Origin: Octopus bimaculoides
Lineage: Eukaryota
NCBI RefSeq assembly: GCF_001194135.2
Contig: NC_068982.1
Span: 171,173,957 to 171,237,956 of the forward strand
Length of the DNA stretch: 64,000 bases
Direction: 5' to 3'
Positions within the stretch are counted from its first letter, which is position 1, and each line of letters starts with the position of its first letter. The notes below the pieces were generated by a model. The model had not been told where the DNA came from. It was given only the letters and a program-made list of their open reading frames with translations, and did no database searches. A program made the position numbers and the translations under genes. This document shows positions 50,911 through 62,357 of the stretch, piece after piece.

Positions 50911-52560
50911 TTCATAGATTTATAAGCCAATCACAAATATGCACACATACATACAGATATATATATATGCGTGTGTGTATATATATATATATNNNNNNNN
51001 NNNNNNNNNNNNNNNNNNNNNNNNNNNNNNNNNNNNNNNNNNNNNNNNNNNNNNNNNNNNNNNNNNNNNNNNNNNNNNNNNNNNNNNNNNNNNNNNNNNN
51101 NNNNNNNNNNNNNNNNNNNNNNNNNNNNNNNNNNNNNNNNNNNNNNNNNNNNNNNNNNNNNNNNNNNNNNNNNNNNNNNNNNNNNNNNNNNNNNNNNNNN
51201 NNNNNNNNNNNNNNNNNNNNNNNNNNNNNNNNNNNNNNNNNNNNNNNNNNNNNNNNNNNNNNNNNNNNNNNNNNNNNNNNNNNNNNNNNNNNNNNNNNNN
51301 NNNNNTATAGTGAGAGAGGAAGAGTGAGAGATTGATAAGAGGATAGATACAGAGATAGTTATTCCCGTAGTTGAGTTTTTGCATATGTGTTTTTATATAT
51401 ATTGCGAAAGTTTTCCCATTTCTATTGTTAAATTCTTGTGGCTTTCATTTACAATATATTACCAATATATTATATTAATTTCGTTTTTGTATTTGGTTTG
51501 CAAGATTCTTTATACGAATTCGTGTGTTGAAGCATATTTTGTGGTGCCTGGAGGAGAGACATTCTGTTTTTAGCAAAAAATAAATAAATAAGTAACAGAG
51601 TGGAAATTGAACCGGTGTGTGTGTGTTAATTAATAAGGCATTTAAACAGAATGACTCTCCCCAGATACAACAAAATATTATATTAAATTATCCCTTATTT
51701 AGTAATATATCTGCGATATCTATCTTAGTAACTTGACCCCTCTTCGCTCCTCCCTTTTCTCTTCAGAACAGGTGCGTTTTTGGTAAAATATTTCAAGCAT
51801 TTTCCTTGTTTAAATTTGTATTTATTTGAACTGCAGCTATTGGTGTTTTTTGACGATCGTTTTTGTTTCCATTACCTTACTTCTAATTTTTCTTTCTCTT
51901 ACTTAAATTCTGAACGAAAACGGATAACAATGATAGTATTTCCGAATATTGTATTTCTGTTTGTTTATTTTTTGTTTTTATTTAATATTTATCTTTTCAA
52001 TTCCCGTTTGATGTAAATGCGAGTGGAAATTATGTTCTATATTCCGGTTTGTGCGTAAGTTTGTGTGAATTTCTGTGTGTGCGTGTATTTATGTTTTCTG
52101 TGTACCTATCTCTAGTTTCACATGCTCTGTTTCATATACCCAAGTACAGAGTATGTGTAACCGTGAGGATGAGAATGTTATTAAAAGAAAGCTTGAGAGT
52201 GTAAGAATAGAAAAGGTGAAACCGCAAATCAAATAATTCCATGCGATAGTGTACATCGTCAATCTCTTCAGATTACATTTCTTACCTTATTTTAATTTTA
52301 CTTCTTCGGGCTCTGATAGTAAACAATATTTTATTGCTAATATAAGCTTTAATGCAAAGACTGCAGGTATAATTTCGGAAACTCTGGAAAATATTTATAC
52401 AGTGATGGCAGCCCAATTACTGTATGCACATACAACTACACACAAACGCATACACACACACGTACGCACACACACGCACACGCATTCACTCACTCACTCA
52501 CATACAAAACCATGTATATATACATACATGCATCATTTAACGAGACACTCCTTCTAAAAT

Positions 52561-52662
52561 CACCCGATGAGACGCTTCTGCACCGGAGGAGGAAGATACA
52601 CCACAAGTACAGAATACCTCCCGTGTGGGATCGATGCAGGATGGGTCGAAACGATCGTTGTG
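52561..52662 (+). ncRNA. Type I minimal hammerhead-ribozyme-like motif (Penelope/retrozyme type)
   Basis: CAC-CCGATGA-GAC..(77-nt helix II domain)..GTC-GAAA-CGATCG-TT|GTG; palindromic AACGATCGTT at 52650-52659; AATAAA at 52666-52671. Confidence 0.65.
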
Positions 52663-54045
52663 CGAAATAAAGTTTCTCGAATATTCCATTTTCCGTCTCT
52701 TATANNNNNNNNNNNNNNNNNNNNNNNNNNNNNNNNNNNNNNNNNNNNNNNNNNNNNNNNNNNNNNNNNNNNNNNNNNNNNNNNNNNNNNNNNNNNNNNN
52801 NNNNNNNNNNNNNNNNNNNNNNNNNNNNNNNNNNNNNNNNNNNNNNNNNNNNNNNNNNNNNNNNNNNNNNATATATATATAAGGATGGTGAAAAAATAGG
52901 TGTGCAGTTATGAAAAAGTAATCACATACAATACTCATTTTTTTTTATCAAAAAATTAGAAATTACGATAAAAGTTTTACTATAGTTATAATAAACGTAT
53001 TGTTATGATTAATGACACTGATAATATCAAAAATGAGGTTAACTTTCAAATTTTTTGATAAAGAGATCTGAGTATTGTACGTGTTTTCTTTTTTTATCAC
53101 TGTATACATATTTTTAATTCAAAACTTCTTTCCGTTTAAAGGCGTCTTACAGGTATATCTTTATACACACACCTGTCACACCCTCTGTATCTCTCTTGTC
53201 TTCACTTTTATCATCATACTTGTGCCCACTCCCACAGCCACGTCCTTACACTTTCCTCACTCACGTGTAATGATTGCATAAACACACACGCCTTCCACAC
53301 ATCTACGCACATACACTAAATCATCAAAAACTACATAAACCCCTTTCCAATGTATGCCCACCTACAGACTCGGATATACTTGTATTCTTGGGCGTACACA
53401 CCTGTGTTTCCACTCTTCTTGAATATCGCTGTAAAACCACATTCCCTTCTATCTTCTAACGCTTCTTTTGTTTTCTTCTTTCTCTCTTTGCGTGTCTCTT
53501 ATTCTTTCTCTCACTTTCTCACTATCTATTTTCCTGACTATTCCTCCTACTCACTCCACTAATTGTTTTTCTTTATATTCTGATGTACGACCTACGTCTG
53601 AAACGTCCAGTATCTTTCTATTCTTATTAGAGCTACAGTTTCATTTTTCATTTGTTGACTAACAATGCTGCCTGTGGTTTCATGGTTTAAAATGGCAATT
53701 CTTAAACGTTCCACTTAAGAATAACGATAAGTGGTCTCCATGTTGGACTAGACTAATTGAGATTACACGGTGCTCAACGGAAGTTCAAGCGTTCAGAGAT
53801 TATATGGGTTAGGATAGTTGATACAGAAATAAGTGGTAGTTACTCACGTAGTGGCTTCCTTAATTCTCATTTCTCTTACATATTCCTTGCTTTGTTTTGA
53901 TTTTTGTAGGTATTGATAGAACCTTGTAAAATATGAGGCTTTTGAGCCCAAAACATAATACGAACACATTCATAAATATAGGATAGTGGTACAACAATGC
54001 ACCAATATTTACTGGACATGGCAGACGATAATACACGACGCTATA

Positions 54046-54170
54046 CAGGGTGTCCACAAAGTCTGGGTACATGGGGATTAACACATACTTTAAGAAATTA
54101 TTATTTGTTATATTTAATTGTTTGTTATGATTTTAATTACTTCATGTACTCAGACCTTGTGAACACCCTG
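54046..54170. mobile_element. 125-bp Tc1/mariner-type MITE
   Basis: 28-bp TIRs CAGGGTGTCCACAAAGTCTGGGTACATG vs reverse complement of 54143-54170 (25/28); TA duplication on both sides; AT-rich interior. Confidence 0.93.
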
Positions 54171-54452
54171 TAGTAAAGTTTCACTGCATATATATACTGG
54201 CAAAGATGTTTTCGGGCGTCGAACATAAAAAAAATTCATCTAACCTCTAGGTAGAACATTAAATAAATGTACAACCAAGATGTGGATAATCTAGGACCTT
54301 GATTTCGAACCTTCCAAATTACGTTTATTAACATAAATTTGATTAGTTCTCTCCCGTATTACTCGTCTGAACGCTTGGCCGAGAACAGCGAGAACAGCGA
54401 GAACAGCGAAAAAGTTTCCAAAGAAAAAATTAATAAATAATGCAATACAGCA

Positions 54453-54484
<32 letters not shown>

Positions 54485-55029
54485 NNNNNNNNNNNNNNNN
54501 NNNNNNNNNNNNNNNNNNNNNNNNNNNNNNNNNNNNNNNNNNNNNNNNNNNNNNNNNNNNNNNNNNNNNNNNNNNNNNNNNNNNNNNNNNNNNNNNNNNN
54601 NNNNNNNNNNNNNNNNNNNNNNNNNNNNNNNNNNNNNNNNNNNNNNNNNNNNNNNNNNNNNNNNNNNNNNNNNNNNNNNNNNNNNNNNNNNNNNNNNNNN
54701 NNNNNNNNNNNNNNNNNNNNNNNNNNNNNNNNNNNNNNNNNNNNNNNNNNNNNNNNNNNNNNNNNATATGTCGAGGAAAATAGCTAGGCAAAGAGGTAGA
54801 CAGGGAATTAAAGAATAGAGACGAAACACGGTGACATGTTAAAACAGAAACCCAAATAAAATTAAAATTGTTGTCGAATAACATATTCAAACATTTTGCA
54901 GTAACACACAGTAATGCAAATATATTTACACGTATTGCTGACACACACATACTAATGCAACCATCCAGACACATTGTAAGCATACACATATAACCGTTTA
55001 ACTACGTTAAAGAAACGTGGTGAAGTAAT

Positions 55030-55425
55030 ATTTTCTGCTCTAGGCACAAGGCCCGAAATTTTGGGGGAGGGGGCCACCCGATTAGATTAACTCCAGTACG
55101 CAAGTGGTAATTAATTTATCGACCCCGAAAGTATGAAGGGTAAAGTCGACCTCGGCGAAATTTGAACTCAAAACGTGAAGACAGATGAAATACCTATTTC
55201 GTTATTGCCCACAAGGGGCTAAACATAGCGGGAACAAACAAGAACAGACGAACGGATTAAGTCGATTGCATCGACCCCAGTGCGTAACTGGTACTTAATT
55301 TATCGACCCCGAAAGGATGAAAGGCAAAGTCGACCTCGGCGGAATTTGATCTCAGAACGTAACGGCAGACGAAATACTGTTGAGCATTTCGCCCGGCATG
55401 CTAATGTTTCTCCCAGCTCGCCGCC
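55030..55425 (-). mobile_element. Dimeric SINE family A (full monomer with tail 1, then head-truncated monomer with tail 2)
   Basis: Core TTTATCGACCCCGAAAG.ATGAA.GG.AAAGTCGACCTCGGCG.AATTTGA occurs twice (~55108-55168 and ~55298-55352); junction at ~55194. Confidence 0.9.
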
Positions 55426-56039
55426 TTAAGCGTGGAAAGAGACAGAGCGATCAGGAACACAGAAATATGAACAGAGAAGCCGAAAGGAAAAGAAAGAAAG
55501 AGAGAAAGAGAGAAAGGGAGAAAGACGAAGGGAGAGAGCGAGAGAGATCGGTACAAAGTTGAATGAGAAAGAATAAATAATACATTAGCAAACAAGAAGT
55601 TATATTCAAGACAAAAAAATACAACGAAAATATGCAGAGAGACAATAAGAATGTAAAAAAAAAAAAAAACAGAAAAAATGAATGTTGGTGTCAAACTTAA
55701 GTTTTGGGTATTAAGGAAACGGGCCATCATAGAAACAAGCTACTAAACAATCTATATTCGAGTGAGCAAGTTAGAAATGTTCTTGATCTAAAATGATAAT
55801 AAAGCGGATAAAAAAGACAGCAAGAAGAAATGGAAATGTAAAAAAAATTCAAAGATAAAACAAAGTACAAAGAAAATGAAACGTAACGCGAAAAATATGT
55901 TTACTAGACGAAAGTGAAAATATTTTTAGTCTTCAAAAATCTCAGCGATATTCTTGTATTTTCTGTAAATCGTTTATTCTTGAGTTTTTTTGTAAATATA
56001 CATACATATATAGATGCATACATACATAGAAACATACAT

Positions 56040-56048
<9 letters not shown>

Positions 56049-56104
<56 letters not shown>
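56049..56104. repeat. (TA)n microsatellite
   Basis: Read directly. Confidence 0.97.
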
Positions 56105-56112
<8 letters not shown>

Positions 56113-57487
56113 TATGTATATATAATTTATATATAATTGCTTTCTTATCTCTTATTCTTCAGATTAATTTTCTTTTTTCCTTCTTCCATATTATGTAGCT
56201 TGTTTCATATATTCTCTATTTTGTGCAAGGTTGAATAATTTTTTTTCTGCATTACTTTCTGTCAGTGTTACTTTGTTACTTCTTGTTTTATATTAGTTGT
56301 CCCGCCTTAATCCCAGATAATTTCTGATCGAGAACAATCAGCGACAAAAGGATTTTAGTAGAAACCTTCAATACCATTATAATTCAGAAGCTATTACATA
56401 CTAAATTAATGTAACAAGAATGTTATATTGGGAATAGGTGGTAAGTCTCATCATCCGAAGAATCATTCTTAGGAGTCGTAGTTGCAGGGTACGATTGACA
56501 GTAACAATATTGTCACTAAAAAGAATGTTCTACAGCTTCATTTTCCTTCTCTTATGAAGTTCCCAGCATGTAGCGAAAGAATGCAGCAATTTCAGTAAAA
56601 GCTACTTCGGCAAAAATACGACAGCAGCAGCGACAACACCAAGAATAACATGAGACGGAAACAATAAATCAATATAAGCTTCAATTTATCAAGTACAACC
56701 ACCGTTTCTTTCACCACCGACATCGCCACGGTTACTCGCGTCGGTAACGGCAATAACAAAACCAGCAACAAGAACAACAACGACAACAAAGCCGAATGAG
56801 TGGTCGACAACAGTGACACCATCACTACCATTCTACCACCAAAACCAGTACCAACAGTGATGCAACAAAGAGCGGCGGCTTCAGTGATGACGGTAACAAA
56901 AGTAAAAGAAAGAATTGTAACAACAGCGATAACACCACTTAAAATGAGAACGATAAAAGTAAAAAAGACTGATGACAGCAACAGCATATCTACCAATACT
57001 AGCATCCATTGCTAACACCACCGCCTTCAATATTAACACTAGCACCATTAATGTCGCCATGACAGTAGCTTGCAAATCAACTGCTAAAGGATTTACTATC
57101 GCTTGTCGAGTCCAAGAAATAATTTCTCTATCGCAGTAGGATTTGAAAAGTGTCGAAAATTTCTTAACTGTTATCAGGAGGAGTGTGTCTTTAAGCATAC
57201 CGTAACTGATATCAGAATGATACACACAGAAAGTATAATATACAGGTGTATAGGACTGAAGTTCAGAAAATTGGAACAAGCGTTTCAAAACTATATTGGG
57301 AAGATTTTTTTTTTCACCAACCTGAGTCCAAAAATTTAATGCGTTCGAGGAAGAAGGTTCGACAAGTTTGAGGTGAAATTTTCGACTATGATCGAGACCA
57401 GGAAGCATTCTGTAATACATATGTGTAACAAATTCGCCCTTATACCGATTTGTCTCGGCAGAAGAGTTGCAATTTAAGGTGTTAGAC

Positions 57488-58340
57488 ATGGTTCAAACAG
57501 TACCTTCTTTTCACATCATATCGCCCAAAACACACCAAAATCAACATTCCTTTCAACTTGGGAAAACGAATTTGTACCATAACACCAGAACCATCCAAAC
57601 ATGAACAAAGACTAGAGGAAATGAAGGACCAAAGAACCTTCCCTCTTGGAATAATCAGCAACAGAATAATCAAAGCGAAACAAATAGATATCAATGAACA
57701 TAGGAAAACAAAAAACACAAGAAAGAAAAATGTCTTACTATTTGTGTCAACCTTCAATCACAGGAACGCAGAAATATTTGATCACATCCACAAAAAACAT
57801 GCCCATCTTATTTGCAGATGAAAAAAATTAGAAAAAATTTAGAAAAACAACAAATCATCAAAAGCAAAAGGCAGCCCAAAACACTAAAACTCATTCTCAC
57901 TGGAGCTAAAATTCAGAAAAAATAAAAACCCCAACGCAATGGTCACAAAATGTGGGAGAACAAACTGTGGCACTTGCCGTTACCTAATTGATGGGCTAGA
58001 ATTTAAATTCAAAGATAGCCAAACCTTCAAAGTCAAGGCCAATCTCACCTGCAACACGGAGAACCTGATCTACGTAATCACATGCAATGGTTGCCAACAT
58101 AATTACATAGGACAGACGGGCGGATCGTTATGCAACACAATGACGACCCATCGCCAACATATCCGAGACAATAGCACAAGGAAGATTCCTTTCAGCAATC
58201 ACATTGCAACGTGTGCAGGAATGGTCTTACCCAATTTCAAAATATTTCGCCTCTACATGTACTCAGATCCCTTCAAACAACAACAAAGTCCCAATAAAGA
58301 AAGGCTATTTATCAAGTATAAACCAGAATTAAATATGGAG
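57488..58340 (+). mobile_element. 5'-truncated Penelope-like element (RT thumb/linker + GIY-YIG endonuclease)
   Basis: QYLLFTSYRPKHTKINIPFNLGKRICTI..RLEEMK..FPLGII (RT thumb), KRQPKTLKLILT (linker), KCGRTNCGTC..CNTENLIYVITCNGCQHNYIGQT..HRQHI..H..KERLFIKYKPELN (GIY-YIG; ORF 57939-58361). Frameshifted near 57820. Confidence 0.93.
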
Positions 58341-58461
58341 CCAACCACGACCAATAAATAGTAACAGACACATAAAAACAATTTTATACATATTATTATC
58401 ATTTTGAAAAATACTACCTTTCGTTTCATAAATCTTTTTTACAATATTCATATATGTCAGC

Positions 58462-58462
58462 A

Positions 58463-58506
<44 letters not shown>
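58462..58506. repeat. (CA)n microsatellite
   Basis: Read directly. Confidence 0.96.
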
Positions 58507-58510
<4 letters not shown>

Positions 58511-59218
58511 AACAAACAAACATACACATGCACAAACAAGAAAGCATCACAAAATCTAGAACACTACTCGAAAACCAAACAAAGAAACATCATCCACTAC
58601 TCGTCCATAAAAACAAATAAAGAATTAATGAACCAAATGCATTAACACACAAACGTTACAAAAAATGACTACATCATGCCAGCAAATGGTAACAGACAAA
58701 ATGCAAAACATTTCGATGGACTATGTGAATAATGAAAAGAGAACACAGAAATATTCTGGCGGAAACAAACACGATAAGCCAGAAGAACAGATCACCTGTA
58801 CTTTCTGGAGTATAACATATGTTCATTCTCTCTTTCCTCCATTTTATAAAGCCTGGCCTTAACAGAGAATAAGCAATGTTACCGCATTTACATTGGGTTA
58901 CCTTTAAAGGAATGGTACCTGCTCTGCTGAAAGAGGGATGAGAATGGTGTACAGGCCTGCTCTAAGAATGTGCCTGTAGACAAGAAGAGAACAACTGGGA
59001 GAGGATATTTGACTTCTTGGTCAGTGTGACCGTAGTTTCTTGGAGATTTCCATGTACGCTTCTCGGAGGTAACCTTATTTGGTGAATGTTTCTTTCAGGT
59101 AAATTTATTGTACCATATTTTATTTTTATTTACAACTAAAACTTTTCTCATGTTTCCTATCTCTCCGTCCTTGTAATATCGTGTTTTTATTTCTTTTTGA
59201 TCATTCTAAGGAGCTTAT

Positions 59219-59266
<48 letters not shown>

Positions 59267-59272
59267 CCACCA
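59219..59272. repeat. (CAT)n/(CAC)n microsatellite
   Basis: Read directly. Confidence 0.96.
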
Positions 59273-59274
59273 CT

Positions 59275-59660
59275 CCATTGCAGATGCGGAACAGCGGAGA
59301 CACGTGCTCATTCCTATGGTTGACCCTCCAGTTCGTGACCAGCGCTTGGTCTTGCATTGTCAGTGTAGTGCTCTCGGTCTCTTTTTTTTAGGGATCCTTT
59401 CATCATCCAATCCCACCTATTTTTTCCAGCAACTTCTGCTGTGGCTACATGGAATTGATTGTGTAGTCACTTCTTGCCTAATTCTTCTTCATGTCGGTTT
59501 TGTACTTCTTTCATATGTCATGTACCACAATCGGTTCTATAAGTTGAACTTTGCTGGGGTTTTTTTTATTTGGTTACTTCAGATTTCTCACTGAGAGACA
59601 CATTTTGGTAAATGTTGCTAAACATGGCAGATTCAACGAGGAATTGAGTTGAAGAAGTAG
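59275..59660 (-). mobile_element. R4/Dong-type LINE internal fragment (between RT and CCHC finger)
   Basis: Minus strand: LHNQFHVATAEVAGKNRWDWMMKGSLK(frameshift)KETESTTLTMQDQALVTNW..SPLFRICNG, matching the R4-clade LHGQF..W.W...LKKETE...AAQDQAL.TN..S.LCR.C pattern. Confidence 0.85.
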
Positions 59661-60039
59661 CAAGGTTATGTGAGGTAAGTCATGAGAGACTACGCGTATT
59701 TGATTGCAGTGTTTGTCAAAAAGAGAGTGAAGAGTAACATAACTGCTTCTCTCGGGAGGCGACTTTAGGCTTCCACGTTCTGCTGAAGAAAGAATAGGAA
59801 AGTATTTTTAGAAGCATATCACAATGCCTGTTATATAGTATGGGGCCAATGTTTCGACAATACAAGCCTGGTGGAGAAAATGCTTTCTTTGCTTCGAAAA
59901 TTTTCTCTCTTGTTAAAGTTTGGCGTGTCCATACCTTAAGGTTCTGATCAAGTAATAAACTAGGTAGAACAGTAAAAGCACGCAAAGAAAGATTTTTAGA
60001 AAGGAAAACTAGTATCACAGAGTGTCGAAAACACGTTCA

Positions 60040-60132
60040 GTCTCGCTGGAATTTGAACTCAGAACATAGGCCTAGAAGAAATGTCACTAAGAATTTTCCA
60101 GCATGCTGACCCTTCTGTCATCTCACCGCCTT
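60040..60132 (-). mobile_element. SINE family A head fragment
   Basis: GGAATTTGAACTCAGAAC..CAGCATGCTGAC..TCTGTCATCTCACCGCC. Confidence 0.65.
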
Positions 60133-60202
60133 TCAATAATCATAGCAATTATTTCTACTAAAGGCGAAATTGCTTCATTGATTCCTTTTTTTTTTTTTAC
60201 TG

Positions 60203-60381
60203 GTTAGGGAAGGCAAGCCGATTGCAGCGACACCAATGCTTGACTAGAACTTATTTTATCAACCTCGAGTGTATGAAAGTTAAAGTCGACATCGGTCGGA
60301 ATTCAACTCAAACATAAAGCCCAAAGAAAGCTGCTAGGCATTTATTTCGGACTGCTGACGATTCTGTCAGCTCGCAACCTT
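60203..60381 (-). mobile_element. SINE family A, diverged
   Basis: TTATCAACCTCGAG..ATGAAAGTTAAAGTCGACATCGG..GGAATTCAACTC..GCTGACGATTCTGTCAGCTCGC. Confidence 0.75.
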
Positions 60382-61049
60382 AAAAAGAAAATAGTGCAAT
60401 TTGTTATCCGTGGATTAATACATTACTCTCCTTATATAGTAATTACTTTTTGGATTACTTCATGAAAGAAAAGCTTTTTATTCGTTTCTCACTCTGCTAT
60501 ACTAAGAACTCGAGCTTTGCAACCAATGCTTTTTTTCTTATAAGACTGAAATTCTTTTTATTAGTTTTGATCAGTTTCTTTGATTGGAAATATTTCTAGA
60601 ACAAAGTGCATTTATGTTCACATTTCTAAAAGGGCCTACATCAAAGAAATGTAGCTTACATCGAAAAACAACTAACTGAATTTACAAGCACGAAATTAGA
60701 TTAACAAAACACCACGTGGGAATTTATAAATTAGTATGTCATGCAAAATATGTTTTACATAGTCATTTACAGTATTAACTTACATTGAACGGAAATACTG
60801 TTGATAAACGAAATAATACCAAACACTTAAAATGTTAAAATTTGATGACGTTGTGACTGTTCAAGAATACCTCGATAGGAACAAGCTTGAATAAAATGAA
60901 AAAAATATGGAGGAAGTATATAGTATATATAAATAAACAGCATTTCTCGACACAAATATTTTGTTATAAAAATGTAAACAAATTAAAAAGTAGCATATCT
61001 ATGTGTTGTGGCAGAATATGAGAACGAGAACATCATTTTAATATTGAGG

Positions 61050-61780
61050 ATGAGTTCAGGTTAGGAGACATACAGAAATGGTCACCATACAACTGATCAG
61101 GGTCAGGAGCGCTGTACATGAGGAAAGGAAATGTAAAGATCAAAGTCAGGGTAATGTTAAAATTGAAGTTAAGCTATGGATACCCTTCATTTTGAAATGT
61201 GTGAGCTAATGAGGAGAGCTGAAATGGAGTAAAACTATTCACGGTCGAGTAGGTTCTGCATGGAACTCATCGTCCTGATGACAATTGAAAAATTGAAAAT
61301 CACACGGCTGATTTCGAGGTCCATCTCTAACAAATGATAGGAGAGGATGATAGGAAAGAAATCCACCAGGCTCACAGTGCATGACATAATAATCAATTGA
61401 TAAATGTTAGGAGGAAATGGCCGACAGAAGAGGATAGATGAATAAAGAGAGAAGGCTAAGATTAGCCAGATGCAGCGATAATTACAGGAATACGATGTGA
61501 AAATCGACGCTTATGCTGTTCTGTTCATAGCATTAACAGTTAAAGTCCGACTGTTTCCTAGGGCAACAGTAGAGGCAAACAAGATCATCTCATCTATTGT
61601 AGCTCTGACATTTGGATCTCTAACTCCTGCACAGATTCAGGAAAAATTTTTGAATGACATTGCCACTCCATGTTTTGTGGTTAAAGGGAAAAATATGATC
61701 CTGAAAAAATGGAAGGCTGTCAAAAACACCAAGAATAGTTGGAGTGAAGGGCTCACAGAACGGCTGAGAGCAGATTAAAC
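61050..61780 (-). mobile_element. Possible ancient CR1/L2-type LINE APE-domain remnant
   Basis: Fragmentary motifs only (HGVAM, IWLI..LFCRP, EIVLL, LIFT..GDH) in shifting frames; GC higher than the flanks. Confidence 0.3.
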
Positions 61781-62193
61781 ATAAGTAAATGCCTGTAAAT
61801 CACTCGTAAATAGGAACTCATGTTTCCTTAGAGGAAACCTTAACTTCAATGTCGTTCGAATCAGAAAATCCTTTATGCAGTGGCAGATTGACCTGAAAGT
61901 CAATCGTGCTGATTGAAAAGGAGATAAGAACGATTATTTCATGCACAAAAGTGACTAATTGCAATTAGAACATCTCAAGCCTGCATACAGATAACAAGCC
62001 ACTCCCCAAAGCATATGGATATTTTATAACCATTTAAACTCAAATACACTCATAGAAATGTCTAGGAATTCAGTTTCCTGAAGAAGATACCCGCTTACTA
62101 CCTTCACGACATCTTATCCCTTTTCATTAACGGTTTTCTATAGTTGCTGTCCGTACTTTTAATGGCAAAATAGTGAACTGCACTAACATTTAT

Positions 62194-62194
<1 letters not shown>

Positions 62195-62247
<53 letters not shown>

Positions 62248-62309
62248 CTGTGCGTGCCTGTATGTATACACTGCGAGTGAGAGAGAGAGAGACAGACAGA
62301 CAGACATAC

Positions 62310-62356
<47 letters not shown>

Positions 62357-62357
62357 C
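62195..62357. repeat. (TG)n, then (GA)n/(GACA)n/(GATA)n compound microsatellites
   Basis: Read directly. Confidence 0.93.

Noticed and set aside
54381-54410. 9-bp tandem repeat GAGAACAGC x3 giving AVLAVLAVL in a minus ORF
   Set aside because: Simple slippage; the ORF depends on the adjacent N gap.
56592-57060. Thr/Asn-rich and hydrophobic antisense ORFs
   Set aside because: Decayed (ACA)/(CAG)/(ACC) trinucleotide low-complexity DNA.
61270-61305. CTGATGA..GAAA hammerhead-like spacing (also 7358, 23300, 33994, 36212, 48368, 49576, 62868)
   Set aside because: Helix II or helix III cannot form, or GAAA is absent; expected by chance in AT-rich DNA.
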